A stretch of 64,000 nt of DNA from Bacteroidales bacterium. GTDB lineage: Bacteria; Bacteroidota; Bacteroidia; Bacteroidales; VadinHA17. Within the stretch, counting starts at the first letter, position 1. The number at the start of each line of letters is the position of its first letter. The stretch spans positions 960 through 64,959 of the forward strand of contig JAXDBC010000094.1 in assembly GCA_034679225.1 (NCBI GenBank), written 5' to 3'. Below the pieces are notes generated by a model. It did no database searches. It had not been told where the DNA came from and saw nothing but the letters and a program-made list of their open reading frames with translations. Below, one piece after another: positions 20,042 to 30,165 of this stretch. The translations under genes were made by a program, and so were the position numbers.

Positions 20042-20884
20042 ATGGAAAACCAGAAAACAGCGAACGACATCCTTCAGATTGATGTTGAGCAGGTTCTATA
20101 TTCGAAGAACCCGGCAATGCGGAAGGTGATCCCGGGCTTCCTTATAAACTATCTGAAAAGAATAGTCCACCAGGATGAGATCAACGAATTCCTCAGTAAA
20201 GCCGGTCATCTGAAGGACGCTGAATTCATTGCTGAAGGACTGAGGGAATTCAACATCAGCTACAGGGTTACAGGCCGCGAAAACCTTCCGGAACAGGGCA
20301 GGTACATTTTCGTTTCAAACCACCCCCTGGGAGGTCTCGATGGACTGGTTTTCATTCATGAGATTTCACGCTACTATCCTGACCTGAAGTTCCCGGTAAA
20401 CGACATACTTATGAATATCAGAAACCTTTCGGGCATCTTCCTGCCAATCAACAAGCACGGCAGCCAGGACAGGGAAGCGGCACTCGCGATTGAAGCTGCC
20501 TATGCATCCGGCAGCCAGATACTTTATTATCCTGCAGGATTATGTTCGCGAAAGAAGAAAGGGGTCATCCGGGATCTTCAGTGGCATAAAAGTTTTATAA
20601 TCAAAGCTGTGCAATACAAGAGAGATATTATCCCTGCTTTTTTCTCAGGCCGTAATTCAAATTTCTTCTATAACCTTTCAAATATCAGAACCTTCCTCGG
20701 GATCAAAGCCAATATCGAGATGCTTTACCTGGCCGACGAAATGTTCAAAATGAGGGGAAAGGCTATAGATCTGGTTTTCGGCAAGGCCATCCCATGGCAG
20801 ACTTTTGACAAAACAAAAACACCATCGGAATGGGCGGGATGGATTAAAGAAAAATCCTACCAGTTGCAATCGTTCATTCCCTGA
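20042..20884 (+). CDS. PlsC-family lysolipid O-acyltransferase (OlsA/GlsA-like)
   Basis: HX4D acyltransferase motif NHPLGGLDG. The ATG at 20042 (MENQKT) is preferred over the ORF-track start 19991. It is paired with an OlsB/GlsB-like gene downstream. Confidence 0.7.
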   Translation: MENQKTANDILQIDVEQVLYSKNPAMRKVIPGFLINYLKRIVHQDEINEFLSKAGHLKDAEFIAEGLREFNISYRVTGRENLPEQGRYIFVSNHPLGGLDGLVFIHEISRYYPDLKFPVNDILMNIRNLSGIFLPINKHGSQDREAALAIEAAYASGSQILYYPAGLCSRKKKGVIRDLQWHKSFIIKAVQYKRDIIPAFFSGRNSNFFYNLSNIRTFLGIKANIEMLYLADEMFKMRGKAIDLVFGKAIPWQTFDKTKTPSEWAGWIKEKSYQLQSFIP

Positions 20885-20964
20885 TAATCATAGAATCAAA
20901 AAAAAATTTATTTTTGATCCGTTTTTCAGTTCAAACTGAAAGTTGTCATATCAATAAGGACAAG

Positions 20965-21927
20965 ATGAAACCAGTTGCTGAATCTCTTCCTAGAGATCAG
21001 ATCATAGAGGAACTTACCCCCGATAAGCTGCTCCGTCGAACCAACAACGGGAACAATGAGGTTTACCTTTTTGACCACAGAAATTCTCCCGCTCTCATGC
21101 ATGAGATAGGAAGAGTGAGGGAAATAACCTTCAGACACGCGGGAGGCGGAACAGGACAGGAAATAGATATTGATAGTTTTGACACTGACATCGAGGATCC
21201 ACAAAAACAGCTGATAGTCTGGGACCCCGAAAACAAGGTTATTATAGGCGGATACCGTCTGTATTTCCCTCCTAAAGACTGCACAACCTGCGATGTGACA
21301 AAACTTGCGTCTTCTTCCTATTTCAATTTTACAGATAAATTCCTCAGGAAATACTATCCTTACATGATGGAACTCGGCCGTTCCTTCGTCCATCCCGATT
21401 ACCAGTCGAGGACAATGGGAAGGAAGAGCCTGTATGCACTTGATAATCTTTGGGACGGACTTGGCGCAATAATACTTGAAAACAACCATCTGAAATATCT
21501 TTTCGGGAAGGTCACCATGTATTCCCATTACAACCAGAAAGCCAGGGATATGATTCTTTATTTTCTGAACAAGCATTTCAGCGATCCCGACAATCTGGTC
21601 AGCCCGGTTGAACCTGCCAGCATCGAAATAAACTGGGATGAAATGAAGAAGATCTTTAAGGGATGGGGATACAGGGACGACTACAAGATCCTGTCAAAGG
21701 AGGTAAGAAACCTGGGGGAAACAATCCCTCCACTTATCAATGCCTACATGGGGCTCTCTCCCACCATGAAGACCTTCGGGACCTTCATTAACCATAAGTT
21801 TGGCGAGACTGAGGAAACCGGGATACTGATAACCCTGCGGGATATTTACGTTGAAAAGATTAACAGGCATCTGGCTTCTTACAGAAACGACTACCTTATC
21901 AACTGGTTCTCTGCCGATAATCAGTAA
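20965..21927 (+). CDS. Hemolysin-like GNAT N-acyltransferase (OlsB/GlsB-like)
   Basis: About 320 aa from ATG 20965; the ORF-track start 20914 is TTG. Size, adjacency to the PlsC-like gene and general similarity match N-acyl amino-acid lipid synthases. This is recognition by eye only. Confidence 0.6.
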   Translation: MKPVAESLPRDQIIEELTPDKLLRRTNNGNNEVYLFDHRNSPALMHEIGRVREITFRHAGGGTGQEIDIDSFDTDIEDPQKQLIVWDPENKVIIGGYRLYFPPKDCTTCDVTKLASSSYFNFTDKFLRKYYPYMMELGRSFVHPDYQSRTMGRKSLYALDNLWDGLGAIILENNHLKYLFGKVTMYSHYNQKARDMILYFLNKHFSDPDNLVSPVEPASIEINWDEMKKIFKGWGYRDDYKILSKEVRNLGETIPPLINAYMGLSPTMKTFGTFINHKFGETEETGILITLRDIYVEKINRHLASYRNDYLINWFSADNQ

Positions 21928-22093
21928 GAACCCGGGATTGCCGAACCTATAGCGATTCTGGCTCTGTCGGGATTTGGGCTCTGCAAACCAGCCAAAGCAT
22001 CATGGAACAGTCCTGATATTCTCCTGAGGGGATTGACTTCTGCCTGAATGTGTTGCTGTTGCCCGGACTTGCATTCAGCCTAAAAACATCACA

Positions 22094-22564
22094 CTATTGA
22101 TGATGCTGATTAATCTCCGGAAAATTAATGATATCGGGTACCAGGATAGCGTCAGGGAACGCTTTCCTTATAAGCATCAGATCTCTTGTTCCTTCTATCC
22201 TCGATCTGTAATCGCCCACTCTTATCTTATAATAACTGGGCTTATCAAAAGTAGGATACGACTCTATATCAGGAAACTGGGTTATGAACTCAGCCCGTTT
22301 TTTCCCCGATTCCTCACGGGCGTTTTTTTCGGAACTGTTGTAAATCTGTATCCTGTAGCCTTCCATTCCTCCCAGCTTCATATTATAAAGAATATACCGG
22401 TTGATAAGGGTGTCGATACGTGGATCGTGGCTGATGTTCAGGTCTCCTGCACCGTAGCGCATGTCATTGTCGCGGAACAGGTCGGCTGTTGACGCGGAAT
22501 GCTGAGCCGCGCAAAAACCGGATGAAACAAAGAAAAAAAACAGTATTAAAAATTTTTTGCCCAT
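22094..22564 (-). CDS. SPOR domain-containing protein
   Basis: Signal-peptide start MGKKFLILFFFFVSSGFCAAQ at 22564; the longer start 22591 would overlap the upstream gene. The C-terminal YRIQIYNSS...YKIRVGDYRSR pattern is typical of SPOR repeats. Confidence 0.7.
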   Translation of the reverse strand: MGKKFLILFFFFVSSGFCAAQHSASTADLFRDNDMRYGAGDLNISHDPRIDTLINRYILYNMKLGGMEGYRIQIYNSSEKNAREESGKKRAEFITQFPDIESYPTFDKPSYYKIRVGDYRSRIEGTRDLMLIRKAFPDAILVPDIINFPEINQHHQ

Positions 22565-22580
22565 ATTTTCAATATTCCAT

Positions 22581-23321
22581 TCAGAGCTCATTGGCTAGCT
22601 CATCGGTAATCTCCAGGTTATGATAAACATTCTGTACATCATCGTCATCCTCAAGCACCTCGATGAATTTCATAAGCTTCCTGGCAGATTCGATGTCGAG
22701 TGTCTTGGTAATGTTCGGGATTCTTTTCAGGCCTGCATCTTCAGGCTCAATCCCCAGTTCATTCAGCTTCCTGTTGACATTTCCGAAATCTACTATGTCA
22801 CAGGTTATTGTCAGTATTTCATCGTCTTCCTCAAACTCCTGAGCCCCGGCATCTATCAGTTCAAGTTCAAGATCGTCCGGGGTAGTCGCCTCCTTGCTGA
22901 TGGTAAAAACACCTTTACGGTCGAAAAAAGAACTCAGGGAACCATTGGTCCCAAGCTTGCCCCCATGCTTGTTGTAGGCTGCCCTAACCGAGGCAACCGT
23001 ACGGTTGTTGTTGTCGGTAAGGCATTCGGTAAATACTGCAATGCCGCCGGGACCATATCCCTCAAATGATGTTTCAACATAATTGTCAGAATCCGATCCG
23101 ACGGCTTTTTTAATTGCCCGCTCAATGTTGTCCTTGGGCATATTGGCACCCTTGGCATTCTGGATCGCGAGCCTAAGCCTCGCGTTTGTCTCAGGGTCAC
23201 CGCCGCCTTCCTTGGCTGAAATGATTATTTCCTTGATGATCTTCGTGAAGATCTTACCCCTTTTGGCATCATTTGCCCCTTTCTTCCTCTTAATCGTAGA
23301 CCATTTATTGTGACCTGACAT
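22581..23321 (-). CDS. YebC/PmpR family DNA-binding transcriptional regulator
   Basis: 246 aa with the hallmark N-terminus MSGHNKWSTIKRKKGANDAKRGKIFTK. Confidence 0.9.
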   Translation of the reverse strand: MSGHNKWSTIKRKKGANDAKRGKIFTKIIKEIIISAKEGGGDPETNARLRLAIQNAKGANMPKDNIERAIKKAVGSDSDNYVETSFEGYGPGGIAVFTECLTDNNNRTVASVRAAYNKHGGKLGTNGSLSSFFDRKGVFTISKEATTPDDLELELIDAGAQEFEEDDEILTITCDIVDFGNVNRKLNELGIEPEDAGLKRIPNITKTLDIESARKLMKFIEVLEDDDDVQNVYHNLEITDELANEL

Positions 23322-23525
23322 ACAAGTGATTTTTTTAATTTCCCATACAAAATTAATTAAATCTTTAATACATCATTCATTGTATGTACTTTTGCACGTC
23401 AAAATCCGTGCCTGTACAAAGCATAAGACATGAGGCTGTGCCAAACGGATCTCTCCTCACGCGTAGTGCAGGGGTGGGGTTTTTAGCAGGGCTGGTTTTT
23501 TTGAACCAACAAGAAGCAAGCAGCA

Positions 23526-24851
23526 ATGATTGACAAGAAAGTTTATATAGAAACCTACGGATGTCAGATGAATGTAGCTGACAGCGAGGTGGTTGTATCT
23601 ATCCTGGAGGATCACGGGTACAAGCACACCGGTAATATCGGTGAAGCGGAGCTAATCCTGATAAACACCTGTTCAATCAGGGACAATGCAGAGCAAAGAA
23701 TATGGGGGCGGCTCAAGGCCATCAGTCATCTTAAAAAGAAGAAGCCGGAAATTATAATTGGTCTTATCGGATGCATGGCTGAAAGGCTGAAAGAAAGCGT
23801 GATGGAAAAAGAAGATATCGTCAGCCTCCTTGCCGGTCCGGACGCCTACCGCGATCTGCCTTTACTGATAGCCGAAGCGGAGTCGGGTCACAAGGCAGTG
23901 AACGTTCTGCTTTCGCGCGAAGAAACATACGCTGACATTTCACCCGTGAGAATGGACAGTAAGGGTGTCACATCGTTCGTGTCAATAATGAGAGGCTGCA
24001 ACAACATGTGCGCCTACTGCGTGGTGCCCTACGTGAGGGGAGCCGAGAGAAGCAGGGAACCCGGATCGATTATCAGTGAGATAAAGGATCTGAGGGACAA
24101 AGGCTACAGGGAAGTGACTCTCCTGGGACAAAATGTCAATTCATACCTGTACAGTGAAGGCGGACTCTCAGTGTCTTTCCCCGGTCTGCTCGAACAGGCG
24201 GCTCTTATCGATCCCCTTATCAGAATCCGCTATTCAACATCGCACCCCAGGGACCTGTCGGACGAACTCCTTCAGGTAATGGCGCAATATCCCAATATAT
24301 GCAGGCATATCCATCTTCCTGCACAAAGCGGAAGCAGCCGTATCCTGAAACTGATGAACAGGGAATATTCACGCGAATGGTACATGCAGCGTATCAGTGC
24401 CATCCGTTCAATTATCCCGGACTGCGCCATCTCTACTGACATTATAGCAGGTTTCTGCACGGAGACTGAAGAAGACCATAATGAAACCCTGTCGCTTATG
24501 GAGTGGGCAGGATATGATTTCGCGTATATGTTCAAGTACAGCGAAAGACCGGGAACAAAGGCCGCCAGAAAACATAAGGATGATGTGCCCGACGATGTAA
24601 AGACAAGACGCCTGAATGAAATAATAGCCCTTCAGAACAAACTGTCAGCCAGGTCGAAAAAACAGGATGTTGGCAGGGTTTTTGAGGTTCTTATTGAGGA
24701 TCGCTCAAAAAGGTCGGAGAGCCAGCTGTCGGGAAGAACATCACAGAACAAGGTTGCAGTATTCCCGGCAGAAGGCAGGAAAAAGGGAGAATATGTCAGC
24801 GTAAGGATTGAAGGCTGCACCCCTGCCACCCTTCTTGGAAAGATCATTTAA
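23526..24851 (+). CDS. miaB: tRNA (i6A37) methylthiotransferase
   Basis: 441 aa with N-terminal UPF0004 cysteines (YGCQMN), radical-SAM motif CNNMCAYCVVP and a TRAM-like C-terminus. Confidence 0.9.
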   Translation: MIDKKVYIETYGCQMNVADSEVVVSILEDHGYKHTGNIGEAELILINTCSIRDNAEQRIWGRLKAISHLKKKKPEIIIGLIGCMAERLKESVMEKEDIVSLLAGPDAYRDLPLLIAEAESGHKAVNVLLSREETYADISPVRMDSKGVTSFVSIMRGCNNMCAYCVVPYVRGAERSREPGSIISEIKDLRDKGYREVTLLGQNVNSYLYSEGGLSVSFPGLLEQAALIDPLIRIRYSTSHPRDLSDELLQVMAQYPNICRHIHLPAQSGSSRILKLMNREYSREWYMQRISAIRSIIPDCAISTDIIAGFCTETEEDHNETLSLMEWAGYDFAYMFKYSERPGTKAARKHKDDVPDDVKTRRLNEIIALQNKLSARSKKQDVGRVFEVLIEDRSKRSESQLSGRTSQNKVAVFPAEGRKKGEYVSVRIEGCTPATLLGKII

Positions 24852-24915
24852 CAATTATTAATTGTTAATTATTCAAATCGGATTTAACTTGCGCTAAAAT
24901 ACAGATATAAATAAC

Positions 24916-25617
24916 ATGAGAACCAGGATTTTTTTACTTATTATATTGGCGATGGTTTCTTTCAGCATGTCGCCAGCCCAGAAATCCGGCAAAAAGATCA
25001 GGATTTCAGGTCATGTCGTTGATGGTACAATGACGCCGGTTGTGAATGCAATAGTGATGGTCGACGGTGAGAAGACCAACGTGACCACCGATCAGAAAGG
25101 TATGTTCAGGATAAAGGTAAAACCTTCAAACACAATAATAGCAATCTTCACCACGCCCAACGGCATCCTTGAAGAACCGCTTGACGGAAGAAAAACCATT
25201 AACTTCAAATTTGAGGGTTCTGTTCCCGTTCAGATCTTGGGAACAGATCCGCTCGATGAAGTTGTGGATATCGGTTACGGATCGGTTAGTAAAAGAAGCA
25301 TGACCGGAACCGTAAACAAAATTGACGGAACAAATCCTAAATACGCATCTTACCGGAATATATACGATATGATCAGGGGTGAGGTGGCCGGTGTTCAGGT
25401 TATGGGAAACAGTATCAGGATCCAGGGTGTAGGATCGCTGAATCTGAGCACTGAGCCCTTATATGTGGTCGACGGGATGGTGGTAAGCTCCATTGCTGAA
25501 ATCCAACCGTATAACGTTAAGTCGATTGAAATACTCAAGGGTTCGTCGGCATCAATCTACGGTTCACGGGGAGCCAACGGAGTGATCCTTATTAAACTGA
25601 TCGGGTCGGGTGAATGA
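24916..25617 (+). CDS. Stand-alone carboxypeptidase-regulatory-like + TonB-receptor plug domain protein (no barrel)
   Basis: 233 aa with a signal peptide. Contains the CarboxypepD_reg-like segment ISGHVVDGTMTPVVNAIVMV and the plug motif LKGSSASIYGSRGANGVILIKL, then a stop. Confidence 0.65.
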   Translation: MRTRIFLLIILAMVSFSMSPAQKSGKKIRISGHVVDGTMTPVVNAIVMVDGEKTNVTTDQKGMFRIKVKPSNTIIAIFTTPNGILEEPLDGRKTINFKFEGSVPVQILGTDPLDEVVDIGYGSVSKRSMTGTVNKIDGTNPKYASYRNIYDMIRGEVAGVQVMGNSIRIQGVGSLNLSTEPLYVVDGMVVSSIAEIQPYNVKSIEILKGSSASIYGSRGANGVILIKLIGSGE

Positions 25618-25633
25618 TACCGGGCTACCGGTC

Positions 25634-27388
25634 CTAATCTTTCCTTTTCAATATTAAATTCAGCTCATCGAGCTGCTTCCGCGATATTTCAGCAGGTGTA
25701 TCGAGCATGACATCCCTTCCCGAATTGTTTTTCGGGAAAGCTATGAAATCGCGGATGGAATCCTGTCCGCCAAACATCGCGACCCAGCGGTCGAAGCCGA
25801 ATGCTATCCCCGCGTGAGGCGGAGCGCCGTATTTAAAAGCATTAAGCAGGAATCCGAATTGCTCCCGCGCTTCCTCGTCGCTGAATCCCAGCACCTTGAA
25901 CATCAGCTTCTGGATCTCCTCGCTGTGGATCCTTACCGATCCCCCTCCTATCTCGACACCGTTGATAACCAGGTCGTAGGCATTGGCCCTAACCTTGCCC
26001 GGATCGGTTCCTATCAGGCCAAGGTCATCGGGATTCGGAGAAGTGAACGGATGGTGCATTGCATAATAGCGCGATGTCTCATCATCCCATTCAAGAAGCG
26101 GAAAATCAAGAACCCAGAGGGGAGCAAACATATCTCTATTTCTCAGGCCAAGCCTTTCTCCCATTTCAAGCCTGAGCACGGAAAGAGCGGAAAGGGTATT
26201 CTTCTTCTCTCCTGCAAGGATCAGAAGAAGATCGCCCGGACGGGCACCGGCCTTCTCAATCCAAAGCTTCATATCTTCAGGGCTATAAAACTTGTCGGCT
26301 GATGATCTCAATGAACCGTCTGCTCCATATTTAAGGTAGACAAGTCCTTTTGCTCCGACCTGTGGTTTTCTCACGAATTCGGTAAGCTCGTCGGTCTGCT
26401 TCCTTGAATATTCCGAGCAGCCGGGAGCGCATATTCCCCCTATGTAATCAGCATTGTCGAAAACGCCGAAACCACGCCCTTTGACGATCGATGTCAGGTC
26501 GGTGATCTTCATCCCGAAGCGAAGATCGGGCTTGTCGGATCCGTAGAATTCCATTGCTTCGGCATAGGGAAGCCTGGTGAAAGACTCAGGAAATTCAATT
26601 CCCTTTATCTTCCTGAAAAGATGCCGGGCAAGTCCTTCAAAAGTATCAAGAACATCATCCCTTTCAACAAATGACATTTCGCAGTCGATCTGTGTAAACT
26701 CGGGCTGGCGGTCGGCTCTCAGATCTTCATCCCTGAAGCATTTTACTATCTGGAAATACCTGTCAAAACCTGCAACCATAAGCAGCTGCTTAAGTGTCTG
26801 GGGCGACTGCGGCAGGGCATAGAAGCTTCCCGGCTGCATCCTTGACGGAACTACAAAGTCGCGGGCTCCCTCAGGAGTGGATTTGATCAGAACAGGTGTC
26901 TCAATCTCAACAAATCCAATTGAATCCATATATGCCCTGACCTCCCTGGCCACATTATGCCTGAGTATGATATTGTTTTTGACACTGTTCCTGCGAAGAT
27001 CGAGATAGCGGTATTTCATCCTCAGCTCCTCTCCGCCATCGGTATCCTCCTCGATAGTAAATGGCGGTATCTCACTGCGATTGAGAACCTTCATCTCCCC
27101 GATCTCGATCTCGATCTCTCCTGTAGGAATTTTAAAGTTCTTGTTGCTTCTCTCCCTAACCTTTCCAAAGGCCTGGATGACATATTCCCGTCCAAGCTTT
27201 CGCGCCTGACCGCAGAGTGCAGCGTCAGCCTCCATATCGAACACGAGCTGTGTAATGCCGTACCTGTCGCGGAGATCCACAAATGTCATTCCTCCAAGAT
27301 CCCTCGATCTCTGAACCCAGCCGCAAAGGGTGACCTCAGTGCCCGCATCGGCAAGCTTTAGTTCTCCGCAAGTATGTGTCCTGTACAT
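25634..27388 (-). CDS. aspS: Aspartate--tRNA ligase
   Basis: 584 aa. Class II motifs are [27 protein letters not shown] and GGGSVRIH...[14 protein letters not shown]. Confidence 0.95.
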   Translation of the reverse strand: MYRTHTCGELKLADAGTEVTLCGWVQRSRDLGGMTFVDLRDRYGITQLVFDMEADAALCGQARKLGREYVIQAFGKVRERSNKNFKIPTGEIEIEIGEMKVLNRSEIPPFTIEEDTDGGEELRMKYRYLDLRRNSVKNNIILRHNVAREVRAYMDSIGFVEIETPVLIKSTPEGARDFVVPSRMQPGSFYALPQSPQTLKQLLMVAGFDRYFQIVKCFRDEDLRADRQPEFTQIDCEMSFVERDDVLDTFEGLARHLFRKIKGIEFPESFTRLPYAEAMEFYGSDKPDLRFGMKITDLTSIVKGRGFGVFDNADYIGGICAPGCSEYSRKQTDELTEFVRKPQVGAKGLVYLKYGADGSLRSSADKFYSPEDMKLWIEKAGARPGDLLLILAGEKKNTLSALSVLRLEMGERLGLRNRDMFAPLWVLDFPLLEWDDETSRYYAMHHPFTSPNPDDLGLIGTDPGKVRANAYDLVINGVEIGGGSVRIHSEEIQKLMFKVLGFSDEEAREQFGFLLNAFKYGAPPHAGIAFGFDRWVAMFGGQDSIRDFIAFPKNNSGRDVMLDTPAEISRKQLDELNLILKRKD

Positions 27389-27595
27389 ATTCAGATTATT
27401 AAGTCCGACAAAAATAAGAAAAAATGATTTCCTGCCCCATTATTGCATAGCCCATTATTGCCTGTATTGCATAATGTGCCGGCAGCCGGAAGCTGTTCGC
27501 GATGAATGACGGTAAGAAATAATAAACCAAAGCTTTTCAAAACCGGTGCGGACAAACGGTTTTATTCATAATTTTATGCTGTTATCTTGTCACCC

Positions 27596-28042
27596 ATGAA
27601 CGACAGCGACGACGAACGTTTTATGAGGGCTGCCATCGACGAGGCAAATAAAGCACTTGCCAAAAAGGAGGTTCCTGTTGGCGCCGTTATTGTCTGCAAC
27701 AATATGATAGTAGCCCGGGCACATAATCTTACTGAGACATTGAATGATCCCACTGCCCATGCCGAGATGCAGGCAATCACTGCCGCTGCAAACTGGCTGG
27801 GTGGAAAATACCTGAGCGGATGCACGATATATGTAACCCTTGAACCATGCGCCATGTGCGCCGGAGCAATTGGCTGGAGCCAGGCTGAACGACTGGTTTA
27901 CGGGGCTCCTGACCCAAAAAAAGGATACACCCTGCTCAGGGACCGGCTGCTTCATCCCAAAACAAAGGTTCTTCCGGGAGTCCTCGAAACCGAATGCGGA
28001 AGCATGATTGCCGGGTTCTTCAAAACCCTGAGATCAGCCTGA
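27596..28042 (+). CDS. tadA: tRNA adenosine(34) deaminase
   Basis: CDA zinc motifs HAEMQAI and PCAMCAGA. The ATG at 27596 is preferred over the TTG at 27587. Confidence 0.85.
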   Translation: MNDSDDERFMRAAIDEANKALAKKEVPVGAVIVCNNMIVARAHNLTETLNDPTAHAEMQAITAAANWLGGKYLSGCTIYVTLEPCAMCAGAIGWSQAERLVYGAPDPKKGYTLLRDRLLHPKTKVLPGVLETECGSMIAGFFKTLRSA

Positions 28043-28071
28043 TAATAATACTCTATAAATATATTTCAACT

Positions 28072-28572
28072 ATGACCTTAGACAACGGCAAATCCGTGAT
28101 CAATCAGAAAATACTAAAGAGAACGGCAATTATACTATACCTTGCCTTCCTGGTGCTTGCCCTTGCCGCCGGCATTATTAAATTCCCTTTCCTGGGAATG
28201 TCAAAATCCGTCTGGCTGTTACTGACCACAGCCTTGTTCCTTATAGTGATCCTTATCCCCGTCATCCTTAAATATCAGTATATTTATTTCTCCGATGAAG
28301 GGGATCTACTTATATTCAGGTATTTCAGCACAGGAATCGTGGAGGGGAAGAAGAATTCGGTGGAAATTGAGAAGAAATATTTTTCAGGCTTTACTATCGA
28401 CAAGAGCCTTCTGGGGCTTATCCAGAGTGTAACGCTCTACCAGCGAATGAAGGAAGGAGTCGCCAAATATCCTCCCATTCACATAAGTGCCCTCAATCCC
28501 CCTGAAAGGGAGAAGATCATAAAGACTCTTACTGCATACGCGCCCCGGGTAAAAGGCAAAAAGAGGTCATAA
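28072..28572 (+). CDS. Hypothetical membrane protein (two predicted TM helices)
   Basis: The ATG at 28072 (MTLDNGKS) avoids overlap with tadA. There are two hydrophobic stretches followed by a soluble C-domain. No family recognised. Confidence 0.5.
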   Translation: MTLDNGKSVINQKILKRTAIILYLAFLVLALAAGIIKFPFLGMSKSVWLLLTTALFLIVILIPVILKYQYIYFSDEGDLLIFRYFSTGIVEGKKNSVEIEKKYFSGFTIDKSLLGLIQSVTLYQRMKEGVAKYPPIHISALNPPEREKIIKTLTAYAPRVKGKKRS

Positions 28573-28715
28573 TATGAGTTAAATCATTTTTAATGAATAA
28601 AATAGAATTAACTTTGAAACAATAAACATCATACAGCTTATTGCCCATGCATCAAAATTCAAAATACTATTAAAGACATTAATTTCATTATTCCATAAAC
28701 AAAAAACTGAAAAAC

Positions 28716-30053
28716 ATGAAAGTAGAGAAAATCATGAACAACCTCGAGAAAAAACATCCCGGGGAGAAAGAATATTTACAGGCAGTAAAGGAAGTGCTCG
28801 AGTCGATAGAAGAGGTTTACAATGAAAACCCTCACTTCGAATCAGCCAATATCATAGAACGGATAGTGGAACCCGACCGCGTGATAACCTTTAAGGTGCC
28901 GTGGGTGGATGATGAGGGTAACGTAAAGGTGAACCTGGGCTACAGGGTACAGTACAACAATGCTATCGGACCCTACAAGGGAGGCTTGCGCTTCCACCCC
29001 AGCGTCAACCTGTCAATCCTGAAATTCCTGGGTTTCGAGCAGGTATTCAAGAACGCCCTCACAACCCTTCCAATGGGTGGCGGAAAGGGAGGATCGGATT
29101 TCGACCCGAAAGGAAAGTCTGCTGCAGAGGTCATGAGGTTCTGTCAGGCCTTTATGCTAGAGCTGTGGAAATATATAGGTCCCGAGACCGACGTTCCTGC
29201 CGGTGATATTGGAGTCGGAGCAAGGGAGATCGGTTACCTCTACGGAATGTACAAGAGGCTGAAAGGCGACCATACCGGTGTTCTTACAGGAAAGGGCGCG
29301 AACTGGGGCGGATCGCTGATAAGGCCTGAGGCAACAGGTTTCGGAGGAATCTATTTTGCAAATGAAATGCTGCGTACCAGGAATGAGACAATCGCCGGAA
29401 AGACTGTCGCGATATCCGGTTTCGGAAACGTTGCATGGGGAGCTGCACTCAAGGCAAGCGAACTGGGAGCAAAAGTGGTAACCATTTCAGGACCCGACGG
29501 CTATGTGTATGATCCCGAAGGTATCTCAGGAAAGAAAGTCGATTACATGCTTAAGCTCAGGGCATCGAACCAGGATATTGTCAAGCCTTATGCAAGTGAA
29601 TTCGGGGGAGCTGAATTCCACGAAGGCAAACGCCCCTGGGGAGTGAAGGTGGATATCGCCCTGCCCTGCGCAACCCAGAATGAACTCAACGGAGATGATG
29701 CCAGAAACCTTGTCAGTAACGGGGTAATGATGGTTGCCGAGATCTCAAATATGGGATGCACACCTGAAGCTATAGAAGTGTTCCAGAAGAACAACCTGCT
29801 GTTCGCTCCCGGAAAGGCCGTAAATGCCGGAGGAGTGGCAACATCGGGACTTGAAATGACACAGAACTCGATGAAAATGAAATGGAACAGCCAGGAGGTC
29901 GATAAGCAACTCCATGAGATCATGGTCAATATCCACGAACAGTGCGTGAAATACGGAAAGAAAGCCAACGGATCGGTCGATTATGTCAAGGGAGCCAATA
30001 TTGCAGGATTCCTTAAGGTGGCCAATTCGATGGTGGATATGGGAGTAATCTGA
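28716..30053 (+). CDS. gdhA: NADP-specific glutamate dehydrogenase
   Basis: 445 aa with motifs KGGLRFHP and PMGGGKGGSDFDPKGKS. Confidence 0.95.
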   Translation: MKVEKIMNNLEKKHPGEKEYLQAVKEVLESIEEVYNENPHFESANIIERIVEPDRVITFKVPWVDDEGNVKVNLGYRVQYNNAIGPYKGGLRFHPSVNLSILKFLGFEQVFKNALTTLPMGGGKGGSDFDPKGKSAAEVMRFCQAFMLELWKYIGPETDVPAGDIGVGAREIGYLYGMYKRLKGDHTGVLTGKGANWGGSLIRPEATGFGGIYFANEMLRTRNETIAGKTVAISGFGNVAWGAALKASELGAKVVTISGPDGYVYDPEGISGKKVDYMLKLRASNQDIVKPYASEFGGAEFHEGKRPWGVKVDIALPCATQNELNGDDARNLVSNGVMMVAEISNMGCTPEAIEVFQKNNLLFAPGKAVNAGGVATSGLEMTQNSMKMKWNSQEVDKQLHEIMVNIHEQCVKYGKKANGSVDYVKGANIAGFLKVANSMVDMGVI

Positions 30054-30108
30054 TTCCTGCCTTGGCCCCGGCATTCAAAGCAGCCTGGCAATGATATTTT
30101 TTTAAAGG

Positions 30109-30135
30109 CCCCTTCCTGAGGAAGGGGTTTTTTTT
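30109..30135 (+). terminator. Intrinsic terminator after gdhA
   Basis: CCCCTTCC-TGA-GGAAGGGG stem-loop followed by a T8 run. Confidence 0.8.
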
Positions 30136-30165
30136 GTATATTGGCATGTCTCATTTGCTCGTGCC

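Noticed and set aside
23387-23525. TACTTTTG box and a ~130-nt leader before miaB, ending in G-rich/T-run sequence (possible riboswitch or sRNA)
   Set aside because: It has only short 5-6 bp hairpins, none adjacent to the T-run, and no recognisable riboswitch core. It is most simply the miaB promoter and 5' UTR.
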